DNA of 64,000 nucleotides, from positions 1,984,001 to 2,048,000 of the forward strand of contig OZ219866.1 in NCBI GenBank assembly GCA_964291675.2, written 5' to 3'. A model generated the notes under the pieces. The model did not search any database. It was not told the DNA's origin and was given only the letters and a program-made list of their open reading frames with translations. This DNA comes from Alphaproteobacteria bacterium (GTDB lineage Bacteria; Pseudomonadota; Alphaproteobacteria; MPNO01). This document shows, piece after piece, positions 22,116-31,269 of the stretch; within the stretch, counting starts at the first letter, position 1, and every line of letters starts with the position of its first letter. A program made the position numbers and the translations under genes.

Positions 22116-24680
22116 TCACACCTTGCCGTTGTAGCGCAACACGAGACAGGTGATGTCGTCCGACTGCTCGGCGTCGCCCACGAACTCGCCGACGGCCAGG
22201 GTGACGTTGCCGATCACCGTATCCACCGGCGCTCCCGGACCGATCGAAAGCGCGTTCTCGAGACGACTCTCGTCGAAGGTTTCGCCCTGAATGTTCATCG
22301 CCTCGGAAATGCCGTCGGTATAGAGAAACAGCGTATCGCCGACGCCGAGCGTCACCCGGTTCTCGTCGTATTCCAGCTCCGGCAAGACGCCGACGGCCAC
22401 GCCGCCGGTCAAGGGCAGTGTCTCGATGGCGCCGGTGTTTCGGATCAGGAAGGGCGCGTTGTGACCGGCATTCGCGTAGCTGAGGGTCCCCGTCTGCGGG
22501 TCCAGGATGCCGTAGAACAAGGTCACGAACAGGTCGTGCGGGTTCTCGGAGGAGATCCGGTCGTTGACCACGCGCATGCAGGCGCCGGCCTGGCCGATCT
22601 CCTGGGCGCTGGCGCGCATGACCGTCCGCGTGATCGCCATGAAGAACGCCGCAGCCACGCCCTTGCCGGAGACATCGGCGATCACCAGGCCGAGCCGGCC
22701 GTCCGGCAGGCTGAAATAGTCGTAGAAATCGCCAGCCATCTCGCGCGCCGGCGTCATCACCGCATCGCCCGAATAGGCGGTATCGGGCGGCAGGGTCTTG
22801 GGCAGGATCGCGTGTTGCAGGGAATGCGCGACCGCGAGCTCGTCTTCCATGCGCCGGTTGGCCTCGTCGAGGAGGGCATTCTTGTTCGCGAGGTCGAGCG
22901 TGCGCTCGGCGACCAGGGCCTCCAAATGCTCCCGCCGGGCCTGAACCTCGCGCGCCATCGTCTGGAAGGTGTGGATCAGCCGCCCCAGCTCGTCGCGCCG
23001 CTCGCGGTAGGGGTCGAGCGAATCGGGCTTGAAACTGCCCTGGTCCATTTCTCCCGCCGCCTGGGTCAGCGCGGTGACCGGCCGCGTGATGCGCCGAGCC
23101 GACATGACCGCGGTAACCGCGCCGATCAGAAACGCCGCCAGCGTGATCGCGAGTCCGAAATCGATATAGTCGCCCAGCAATTCGTCGAGATGGTCGCGCG
23201 GCATGTGGATCACCGCGACACCCGTGGCGACGCCGCCGCGATCCAGGATCGGCGCGGCGACGTGGAGCGCCCTGTCGCTGAGGAAGGATTCCGCGGTCCC
23301 CTGGACGGCCCGGCCCGCAAGCGACTTGTCGGCGGAACCGAAAACCGGTTGCTCCGCGCTGCGCAAGGCGCCGGCGGCGACGGCGGCGGTGACCTTGAGG
23401 GCTTCGTCGACGACCCAGATCGCTCTTATGCCCGGCTGGGCGGCCAGCGAGTCGAGCGCCGCGGCGAGGCCGATCGTATCGCGCAGGCCCGTCGTCTTGT
23501 CGGCAAGGCTGCCGACCAGGACCGACCTGCCGTGGCGCGAGCGAACCCCGATATAGCGCAGCGGCACCTCCAGACCGTCCCTGGGTACGGATCGGAACGA
23601 CACCGAGAAGCGCTTCCCCGAGATCAGGGTCTGGAGGACCGGGCTGTCCACATCCCGAAGCGACATGTCGACGCCGGAACGGCCGAGTCCCTCGATCGCG
23701 CGCACCGCCGGCGTTCCCGTGTCGTCGAGCACCCAGATATCGTCGACCGCGCTGTTCGCCGCGATTTCCGCCAGTTCGATCGCGAGCGCCCGATCGTCGT
23801 CCCTCAGAACATCCGCAAGATGGGCCACCGCTATGGCCTGCGCCTCGTTCTCGGCGACGATGACGCGGTCGATCTGGTCCGCGATCACGCCGACCCGGTT
23901 GGCCTCGCTGGCGATCAGCCCGGCCACCATCCTGGCCTGGTTCTCGGCCTGCTCGATCAGCGTGTTGCGCGCCAGCAATCCCAGCGCCACCGCCACGCTG
24001 AGAATGGCGATGCCCACCGATGCGGAGACGATCAGGATCAGATGCCGGGACAGGCTGATGCTGGCATCGCGGCGACGCACGTGGGCGAACCGCATGACCA
24101 GGGCGACGACGCCGGCAAAGGCGAGGAACCAGGCCATCGCATAGAGGTAGATCCAGAAAGAGAGCTGCGGCTGGCCGAGCGCGGCGATCACCGTGTCGAC
24201 CCGGAAGACCATTTCCGGGACACCGATAACCGAGGCGGTGGCCGAAGCCATCACGATGATCAGGAAGTAGTTGGTCCACGACGGCAGGAACAGGAGCGCC
24301 TCGGTGGTCTGGCCGCGCCTGAGATGCCGCAACGCGGCGAGCGCGTTGTCCGAGACGAACCCCGCGACCGCGATCGAAAGCGCGAGCGAGGCCTTGATCC
24401 ACACCGGCACGATGACCGTCGTGCCGAACAACACGAAACTCCCCGGGACCATATAGGCGAGGTAGAACAGCATGACGAAGGTCGGCGCGCTGGCGGCGAG
24501 CATCGTCAGCGCGCCGGCGCCCTGGCTCACGCGGCGCAGGCGGCCGCCGCGCAGTGCCGCCAGAGCCCCCCCGAGCACCGTGCCGATCGCCATCGCGACC
24601 AGCGAGACCAGCATGTTCCAGCCGAAACCGACCGCCAGATAGGGCGTCCAGGTAATCAGGACGTCGATGACATTGGGCAT
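22116..24680 (-). CDS. Fusion protein: amino-acid ABC permease-like domain + TM/periplasmic sensor + HAMP + PP2C (SpoIIE/RsbU-type) phosphatase
   Basis: N-terminal ~200 aa HisM-like TM pattern (LVSLVAMAIGTVLG, ASVIGVPE); two further TMs flank a periplasmic region; HAMP (ITRPV...DELGRL..F..M); PP2C motifs AGDFYD, IADVSGKG, NAGH, YTDGISEA, SDDIT; single uninterrupted ORF. Confidence 0.88.
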   Translation of the reverse strand: MPNVIDVLITWTPYLAVGFGWNMLVSLVAMAIGTVLGGALAALRGGRLRRVSQGAGALTMLAASAPTFVMLFYLAYMVPGSFVLFGTTVIVPVWIKASLALSIAVAGFVSDNALAALRHLRRGQTTEALLFLPSWTNYFLIIVMASATASVIGVPEMVFRVDTVIAALGQPQLSFWIYLYAMAWFLAFAGVVALVMRFAHVRRRDASISLSRHLILIVSASVGIAILSVAVALGLLARNTLIEQAENQARMVAGLIASEANRVGVIADQIDRVIVAENEAQAIAVAHLADVLRDDDRALAIELAEIAANSAVDDIWVLDDTGTPAVRAIEGLGRSGVDMSLRDVDSPVLQTLISGKRFSVSFRSVPRDGLEVPLRYIGVRSRHGRSVLVGSLADKTTGLRDTIGLAAALDSLAAQPGIRAIWVVDEALKVTAAVAAGALRSAEQPVFGSADKSLAGRAVQGTAESFLSDRALHVAAPILDRGGVATGVAVIHMPRDHLDELLGDYIDFGLAITLAAFLIGAVTAVMSARRITRPVTALTQAAGEMDQGSFKPDSLDPYRERRDELGRLIHTFQTMAREVQARREHLEALVAERTLDLANKNALLDEANRRMEDELAVAHSLQHAILPKTLPPDTAYSGDAVMTPAREMAGDFYDYFSLPDGRLGLVIADVSGKGVAAAFFMAITRTVMRASAQEIGQAGACMRVVNDRISSENPHDLFVTLFYGILDPQTGTLSYANAGHNAPFLIRNTGAIETLPLTGGVAVGVLPELEYDENRVTLGVGDTLFLYTDGISEAMNIQGETFDESRLENALSIGPGAPVDTVIGNVTLAVGEFVGDAEQSDDITCLVLRYNGKV

Positions 24681-24682
24681 CG

Positions 24683-26311
24683 CTAGGCCCCGTGCGCCCT
24701 GCGTTCCCAGCTGCGGAGCGCCCACACCGTGGCGAAGACCAGCAGGAAGTAGCACAGCAGCAGCAGGTTCATCATCACGGCGTCATTGCCCTTTTCGGCG
24801 ATGATCGCCGTGCTCGCGTGTACCAGCTCCGGCAAGGCGAGCGTGCTCGCCATCCCGGTGGCCTTGACGATATTGACGGAATTGCCGGCCACGGCGGCCT
24901 GGCACAGCTCCAGCGCGCGGCGGAATTCGCGCCAGGTGAACCCCAGCTTGCCGCCGGGCTCGGCCGCCACGTCCGCGGCCAGGGAGAACGACACCGCGTT
25001 GCTGGCCGCGGCATAGAGCGACAGCACCGCGGCGGCGAGCGAGAACGCATCCAGCGTGAAGCCGTAGGCGAACAGGATGCCGCCGATCCCGAAGAAGAAG
25101 ACGTAGAGCTGAAGCAGCGGGGGCGTCATCCGCAGCACCGCGCAGAACGCTTGCAGCAGCGGCGCCACGACAACCGTCCGGCGATGCAGGACCCAGCCGA
25201 ACAGGGCGCCGAGGACGACGCTGCCCAGCACGGTCGCGACCGAGAGCGCGACGGTCAGGAACAGGCCATGCAGGAACACGCTCCGGTCGAGCGGGTCGTA
25301 GACCGGGCTGACATCGAGCCCCGTCGCCTCCTTGAACGCCATGGATATCCCCGAAATTCCGCCCAACTCCTCGCTGGTGATCAGCGCGCGCTCCCGGCAC
25401 TCCAAAGGCCAGTTGCCGGTCTCGTCGCGGCGGCATCGGAGTTCGCCCGATTCGTCGGTTTCCTTCCAGGTCTCGTGCGCCCGCCGCAGATAGGGCGAGG
25501 GGGGCAGGCTCCACGTCTTCTCCAGCGCCTGGAAAAACCCCTCGCGATGCCACGCGGCCACGGTGTCGCCGAACAGGCGGTCGAGTCGTCCTCCGGCCTC
25601 CTCCTTTGCGATGGCGATCGCCCAGGGCGCGACGAATCGCGTCGGCAGGGCCACGGTGTAACCGTCCCACTCCCCGCTCGCCAGGGCGCTGAGCAAGTTG
25701 ACCTCGTCGTACAGCCAGCCCACGCAGTGTCCGTTGCGCAAGGCGAGCGCGGCTTCCCGGGTGGAGTTGAGGGAAATCGTCTCGACCAGGAGGCGTTGCG
25801 CGGCCAGGCGGTTCCAGATCGAGCCCTGCACGCTGCACAGCGTCCGGCCGCGGAGGCCTTCCCAGGTCGAGATCCCCGAGTCTTCGCGCATCAGCACGTT
25901 GGCGCCGTCGCCGTAATACTGGGGCTCGATCATGTGCACCAGCCGGCGGCGGCTGCGGTTGTCGCCCAGCGTGGCGATAACGACGTCGATCTCGCCGCGC
26001 GCGAGCTTCTGCAGACGGTTGGCGCTGGTCACCGGTGTCAGCCGCAGCGCAACACCGATCGCGTCCGCCAGGCCGCGCGCGACATCGACGTCGTAGCCCA
26101 CCAGCCTGCCGGAATCGTTGCGCACGCCGAAGGGATGGTAGTCCGCCTTGACGCCGGCGATCAGGTGGCCCCGAGCCCGGATCTCGTCCAGCCGATCCGC
26201 CGTTGCCGGCGCCGCGACCGACAGCCAGGCGGCGCTCAGGACGACCAGTCGGGCGAGACGGAAGAACCGCCGGGGCGCGACATTCACAAACGAAAGACCG
26301 GCAGGTCTCAC
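24683..26311 (-). CDS. Fusion protein: polar amino-acid substrate-binding domain (SBP_bac_3) + ABC permease domain
   Basis: Signal peptide; GVKADYHPF, GYDVDVA, RGEIDVVIA; C-terminal TMs with RMTPPLLQLY and VKATGMAS.LALPEL. Confidence 0.88.
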   Translation of the reverse strand: MRPAGLSFVNVAPRRFFRLARLVVLSAAWLSVAAPATADRLDEIRARGHLIAGVKADYHPFGVRNDSGRLVGYDVDVARGLADAIGVALRLTPVTSANRLQKLARGEIDVVIATLGDNRSRRRLVHMIEPQYYGDGANVLMREDSGISTWEGLRGRTLCSVQGSIWNRLAAQRLLVETISLNSTREAALALRNGHCVGWLYDEVNLLSALASGEWDGYTVALPTRFVAPWAIAIAKEEAGGRLDRLFGDTVAAWHREGFFQALEKTWSLPPSPYLRRAHETWKETDESGELRCRRDETGNWPLECRERALITSEELGGISGISMAFKEATGLDVSPVYDPLDRSVFLHGLFLTVALSVATVLGSVVLGALFGWVLHRRTVVVAPLLQAFCAVLRMTPPLLQLYVFFFGIGGILFAYGFTLDAFSLAAAVLSLYAAASNAVSFSLAADVAAEPGGKLGFTWREFRRALELCQAAVAGNSVNIVKATGMASTLALPELVHASTAIIAEKGNDAVMMNLLLLCYFLLVFATVWALRSWERRAHGA

Positions 26312-27066
26312 GGCCGGGCCACGATCAGGAAACCGTAGCCGACCGCCACCGGGGCGAGCGCGCAGGCCAGATCGTCGAGCCAGCCCAGCAGCGGGTTGCC
26401 GACCACCGCGGTCTCCGGCAGCAGGCTTTCCGGCTCGACGCTCTCGATTCGGAAGCCGGCGGACGACAATTCATCGCGTGCCTCGGCGGGCGAGAACAGG
26501 TGATAGAACATCTCGATACTACCAGCCTCCGAACGGCGCGCGTACAAAACATCGCCGGGCTCCAGATCGCCGTCCCGCACCATCGGGGCCGCGGCGCGCT
26601 GCTCCGCGTGGAACCGGCGTCGCGCATTGGGCAGGCTGAGCACCAGAACGCCGTCCGGCTTGAGGATTTCCCGAATCGCGGCGAGCAGAGCCGCGCGCTC
26701 CTTCCGCCCCGCCACATGGGCGAGGACGCCGAATGCGAGCAGTGCGAGGTCGAACCCGCGTGGAAACGACTGGGCGAGAGCCGTCGCGTCGGCGTTGCGC
26801 ACCGAGAGGCGTCCGCCGCCGACGAAAGTCGCCAGACGCTCCGACAGCATGTGGCAGGCGGTCGGGCAGACGTCGTAGGCCATGCCCGTTGCGCTTGTGT
26901 GTTGCAAGAGGGGCAGGGTGTAGCGCCCCGTCCCGGCGCCGAAATCGACGAAGCGGCCCTCCGCCGGCATCAGGCGCAGCACCCTCCGCAGCGTGCGCCG
27001 ATTCGGGGCGGGATAGCGGCGGTCGTAGAGCCCCGACGCCAGATACTCATCGTAGCTGTGGGACAT
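26308..27066 (-). CDS. Class I SAM-dependent methyltransferase
   Basis: VDFGAGTGR motif I, LKPDGVLVL; stop overlaps the next start (GTGA); start could lie further upstream. Confidence 0.85.
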   Translation of the reverse strand: MSHSYDEYLASGLYDRRYPAPNRRTLRRVLRLMPAEGRFVDFGAGTGRYTLPLLQHTSATGMAYDVCPTACHMLSERLATFVGGGRLSVRNADATALAQSFPRGFDLALLAFGVLAHVAGRKERAALLAAIREILKPDGVLVLSLPNARRRFHAEQRAAAPMVRDGDLEPGDVLYARRSEAGSIEMFYHLFSPAEARDELSSAGFRIESVEPESLLPETAVVGNPLLGWLDDLACALAPVAVGYGFLIVARP

Positions 27067-27267
27067 ATCCGGCGTGGTTGCCTGGGGCTCGGCCACACCG
27101 GCGGCCACGCAATCCTTGATGCCGCTGGGTGAAATGTTGGCGTCTCCACTGGCCCCATCGAGATGCGGATGCATCTCGTCGAGATTGAAAATGCGGGCTG
27201 CGCCGCCCGATAGCGGTGAGCGGCGCTCAAATTCTCCCGATCGCCGATAAATTCTGCCCGGGTTCGA

Positions 27268-27339
27268 GATTGTCGATGCCTCCATTGTTGACAATTTTGG
27301 CCTCCGGTTCAAATAGTAAGTCCAGACGGCTCGACAATC
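27268..27339. promoter_or_regulatory. Candidate operator cluster in the divergent promoter region
   Basis: GATTGTCGA (27268-27276) and its exact reverse complement TCGACAATC (27331-27339) flank near-palindrome ATTGTTGACAAT (27284-27295), which contains TTGACA. Confidence 0.45.
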
Positions 27340-27434
27340 GAAAACCGGCTGCGACCGTTTGTCGCAGAGGCGGTCGGTCCGGGCCGCGCCATGGGCCGAA
27401 TCCCCGACCGGCCGATCGAGAGGAGCAAGGCAAG

Positions 27435-28340
27435 GTGAAGCTGCGACGAGCGGGCCGGTTGAGCTTCCCGAGGGCGGCGGTCGCGCTGACCGGTGCGGTG
27501 CTGGCGACGGTCAGCTTCGCGGCGACGGCGGCGGAGAGCGTCCTGACCCGAATCGCCGAGGACGGAATGCTCCGCGCCGGCACCCGGGCCAGCGCCGCGC
27601 CCTTCGCCCAGAAATTGCCGACGGGAGAATTTCGGGGATTCTCCGTCGATCTTCTGCAGGATATCCGGGCTGCGGTGCAGCGCGAGGTGGGCCGCCCGGT
27701 GCGCATCGAGCTTCATGAAGTCACGCCGAGCGACCGTCTGCAGCGGGTCGCCCGGGGCGAGCTCGATATCGTCTGCGGCATCACCACGCCGACCTGGGAC
27801 AGGGAGGCGACCGTCGATTTCTCGCTACCGTTCTTCCGCGACGGTACCCGGGTGATGGTATACCGGCGCGGCGCCGGAGAGACCGTCGATGTCGCCAAGC
27901 TCAATATCGGCGTCGTCAAGGGCACCACGACCGTCGACGTTCTCAAGAACAACCTCCCGGGGACGCGGCTCAGCGAATTCCCCAACATGGCCGCGGCGAT
28001 GAGCGGGTTCGAGAAGGGCGAGGTCGACGGGGTCGCCAATGTCGGCGTCGTGCTGCTCGGTCTCGCCGAGCGCAGCGAGCCGCGGCGCAGCGTCGTGCTG
28101 CTGCCGAGGACCCGATCCCTGGCGACCGAGAGCCTCGCCTGCGTGCTGCCGCAGAACGACAGCCGCTGGCGGGATCTGGTCAACCGAACCCTGATCCGCA
28201 TGTTCGGCGACGTGCGGCAGTTCAGGGGACGCTACGAGGAAATCTACAATCGCTGGTTCGGGCGGGACGGCGCGCTGTTCTACCCGCTCGATCGCGCGAC
28301 CCGCGACTATCTCGCCGACGTGTCCATCTGGGCCAAGTAG
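27435..28340 (+). CDS. Polar amino-acid ABC substrate-binding protein (GltI-like)
   Basis: Signal peptide; GTRASAAPF, GFSVDL, DIVCG.TT.T..RE..VDFS. Confidence 0.88.
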   Translation: MKLRRAGRLSFPRAAVALTGAVLATVSFAATAAESVLTRIAEDGMLRAGTRASAAPFAQKLPTGEFRGFSVDLLQDIRAAVQREVGRPVRIELHEVTPSDRLQRVARGELDIVCGITTPTWDREATVDFSLPFFRDGTRVMVYRRGAGETVDVAKLNIGVVKGTTTVDVLKNNLPGTRLSEFPNMAAAMSGFEKGEVDGVANVGVVLLGLAERSEPRRSVVLLPRTRSLATESLACVLPQNDSRWRDLVNRTLIRMFGDVRQFRGRYEEIYNRWFGRDGALFYPLDRATRDYLADVSIWAK

Positions 28341-28539
28341 TCGCCGGATCGTCGGCGCACCCGCGGCGCGTCCCGACCGGCTCCGACGGCGCGGCGAACC
28401 CATCGAGGTTGATTGCCGCCCGGTTCGCGGCCTATAAGAATGTCATTCCCTGAATCGTAGTTTCTGTTGGCGTGACTCCCGAGAACGGCTGGATGGCTGC
28501 ACCGCGAGCGCCAATGCGAACCGGAGGGCATGCAATATC

Positions 28540-30027
28540 ATGTCGCACATCGCGAATTCGATCGGATTGACGGCTACCGAACGCAGGGCCGGGCGTGGGT
28601 CGACCCCGTCAGGCGCCGCGCGGTTCGATGCGGGACACCGCGACGGCGCTCGGGACACCGGCGTCTCGCCGGGATGGCGGCGCGCCGCCCCGCTCGGGCT
28701 CGCCGTCGCCGCCCTGCTTCTGCTCCCGGCGGACGCGCATGCGGCGGTGGCCGACGAGACGCAATTCGTCCTGAACAGCTTCTCGTTCCTGATCTGGGGC
28801 GCGCTGGTGATGTGGATGTGCGCCGGTTTCACCATGCTCGAATCGGGCTCGGTGCGGACCAAGAACGCCTCGGTCATCTGCCTCAAGAATATCGGCCTCT
28901 ACTCGATCGCCGGGCTGATGTTCTACCTCGTCGGCTACAACATCATGTATGTCGGGGTCCCCGAAGGCGGCTGGTTCGGCACGCTGACGCTGTTCTACGG
29001 CACCACCGGCGAAGAAAAGGCGCTGCTCGGCGGCGGCGGCGACGCGGCCAAGGCGGGCGCCGCGGTGGTCAAGAACGGCTATTCGACGATGTCCGACTGG
29101 TTCTTCCAGATGGTGTTCGTCGCCACCACCGCCTCGATCGTCTCCGGCACGCTGGCCGAGCGGGTGAAGCTCTGGTCCTTCCTGCTGTTCATCACCGTGC
29201 TCACGGCGATCATCTACCCGGTCATCGGGTCATGGACCTGGGGCGGCGGCTGGCTGTCGGCGATGGGCTTCCAGGACTTCGCCGGTTCGACGATCGTCCA
29301 CTCCACCGGCGGCTGGGCGGCGCTTGCCGGGGCGCTGGTGGTCGGCGCGCGGAAGAACAAGTTCCGCGCCGACGGCAGCGTGAAGGTCACCCCGCCATCC
29401 AACGTGCCCGCAGTGACGCTCGGCGTGTTCATCCTCTGGCTCGGCTGGTTCGGGTTCAACGGCGGCTCGCAGCTCGCGCTCGGCGGCGCCGCCGACGCGG
29501 TGGCGATCAGCAACATTCTCGCCAACACCAATCTCGCCGCGGCCGCGGGGGTGATCGCCGCGATGGCGCTGTCGCGTCCGGTTCTCGGGCGCGTCGATCT
29601 TCTCGCCAGCCTGAACGGCGCGATCGGCGGCCTGGTGGCGATCACCGCGGGGCCCGACATCGTCCAGCACTACTGGGCGGTGATAATCGGCGCGGTCGGC
29701 GGCTGCATCGTGGTCCTCGGGATCAAGCTGCTCGACCGGCTCAAGATCGACGACGTGGTCGCGGCGGTTCCGGCGCATCTGTTCGCCGGCGTGTGGGGCA
29801 CGCTCGCGGTGTGCATCGCCGCGGGCGGCGATATCGTTGCGCAGATCACCGGCATCCTGGCCATCGGGGCGTTCGTGTTTGCCGCCTCGTGGGTGGTATG
29901 GTGGGCGATCGATTCGACCATCGGCGCGCGCGTCACGCCGATAACGGAAGAGCTGGGGCAGGATGTCGCGGAGCTGGGCATCGAGGCCTATCCGGAATTC
30001 GTCGTCGTCCCCGACATGGACGACTGA
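28540..30027 (+). CDS. amt: Ammonium transporter (Amt)
   Basis: GFTMLESG.VR.KN, FFQMVF, DFAGSTIVH, WFGFNGGS, IDDVVAAVPAH; twin His and Phe gate apparently intact. Confidence 0.96.
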   Translation: MSHIANSIGLTATERRAGRGSTPSGAARFDAGHRDGARDTGVSPGWRRAAPLGLAVAALLLLPADAHAAVADETQFVLNSFSFLIWGALVMWMCAGFTMLESGSVRTKNASVICLKNIGLYSIAGLMFYLVGYNIMYVGVPEGGWFGTLTLFYGTTGEEKALLGGGGDAAKAGAAVVKNGYSTMSDWFFQMVFVATTASIVSGTLAERVKLWSFLLFITVLTAIIYPVIGSWTWGGGWLSAMGFQDFAGSTIVHSTGGWAALAGALVVGARKNKFRADGSVKVTPPSNVPAVTLGVFILWLGWFGFNGGSQLALGGAADAVAISNILANTNLAAAAGVIAAMALSRPVLGRVDLLASLNGAIGGLVAITAGPDIVQHYWAVIIGAVGGCIVVLGIKLLDRLKIDDVVAAVPAHLFAGVWGTLAVCIAAGGDIVAQITGILAIGAFVFAASWVVWWAIDSTIGARVTPITEELGQDVAELGIEAYPEFVVVPDMDD

Positions 30028-30128
30028 GGAATGGCTTGCCTGCCCGAGCGGCCCGCATTCGAGTACAATGGGGCGCCGCACCGGCCGAAGGCGTGCGTTC
30101 ATAGAAGCAGCCGCAGGACACGAAGACG

Positions 30129-30467
30129 ATGGATTTGACGACTGAACGAAGCGAAAACGTCGTGTGCGTGGACGTGAAGGGGCGAATCGACGGGTCCACC
30201 GCCGTCGCCTTCGAGGAGTCTGTGCGCAACGCGCTCGAGGAATCCGACCGCGCCATGATCATGGATTTCCGGGAGCTCGCCTATATCAGCAGCGCCGGGC
30301 TCCGGGTGATCCTGCTGACGGCGAAGTCGCTGCAGAGCCAGGACGCGAAGCTGGTGCTGTGCTCGCTTTCCGATCAGATTCGCGAAGTGTTCAAGATCAG
30401 CGGCTTCGACAAGCTTCTGCCGATTCACGAGACCAGGGAGGAGGCGCGCGAGTCGCTCGGCGCCTGA
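30129..30467 (+). CDS. STAS domain anti-sigma factor antagonist (RsbV/SpoIIAA-like)
   Basis: GRID, YISSAGLR containing the phosphoacceptor Ser, VFKISGF. Confidence 0.92.
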   Translation: MDLTTERSENVVCVDVKGRIDGSTAVAFEESVRNALEESDRAMIMDFRELAYISSAGLRVILLTAKSLQSQDAKLVLCSLSDQIREVFKISGFDKLLPIHETREEARESLGA

Positions 30468-30554
30468 GCCGCGCGCGCGTCCGACCGGCGGCTGCCCGAG
30501 CCGCGCCCCGCCCGGCCCGCCGGGCGCATCCCCCGTTGTCGGGAGGCACCGTAG

Positions 30555-31259
30555 ATGGACGGACGGAAGGTTGCGATCGTTACCGCCGGCGGCAGGGGGA
30601 TGGGGGAAGCGATCGCCCGGGCCCTCGCCGGGCGGGACCACGCGCTGGTCCTGATGTCGCCCGGCGGGTCGGCCGAGGCGCTGGCCGAAGAGCTTGGCGC
30701 GATCGGCGTGAACGGCTCGGTCACCCGGGCGGAGGACCTCGAAGCGGCGGTCGCGGCGGCGATGGATGCGCATGGCCGGGTCGACGCGGTGGCCAACAAT
30801 GCCGGCTTCCCGCCCAAGGGGGAGCTGCTCGACATCCCCGACGAGGACTGGCGCGACGGCCTCGACATGGTGCTGCTGAACGTCATCCGCATGGCGCGCC
30901 TGGTGACGCCGATCATGGTCGCGCAGGGCGGCGGCGCGATCGTCAACATATCCACCTACGCCGCCGTCGAGCCCAGCCCGGCCTATCCGGTCTCGGCCAC
31001 GTTCCGGGCCGGGCTCTCCGCCTTCACCAAGCTGTATGCGGACCGCTACGCCGCCGACGGCATCCGCATGAACAACATCCTGCCCGGCTTCATCGACACC
31101 CATGGGGTCGATGAAGGGGTGGCCGCGGGAATTCCCGCGCGGCGCTACGGAACCCCGGAAGAGGTGGGCGAGACGGCGGCCTTCCTGCTGTCGGACGGCG
31201 CCGGCTACATCACCGGCCAGAACCTCCGCATCGACGGCGGGCTCACCCGCTCGGTTTAG
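30555..31259 (+). CDS. SDR family oxidoreductase
   Basis: TAGGRGMG, NNAG, YITGQNLRIDGG. Confidence 0.9.
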   Translation: MDGRKVAIVTAGGRGMGEAIARALAGRDHALVLMSPGGSAEALAEELGAIGVNGSVTRAEDLEAAVAAAMDAHGRVDAVANNAGFPPKGELLDIPDEDWRDGLDMVLLNVIRMARLVTPIMVAQGGGAIVNISTYAAVEPSPAYPVSATFRAGLSAFTKLYADRYAADGIRMNNILPGFIDTHGVDEGVAAGIPARRYGTPEEVGETAAFLLSDGAGYITGQNLRIDGGLTRSV

Positions 31260-31269
31260 CGCCGCCCTC

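Noticed and set aside
19225-30467. Integrative element at tRNA-Arg
   Set aside because: The block lies at the tRNA 5' side, and no integrase or duplicated tRNA 3' end was seen
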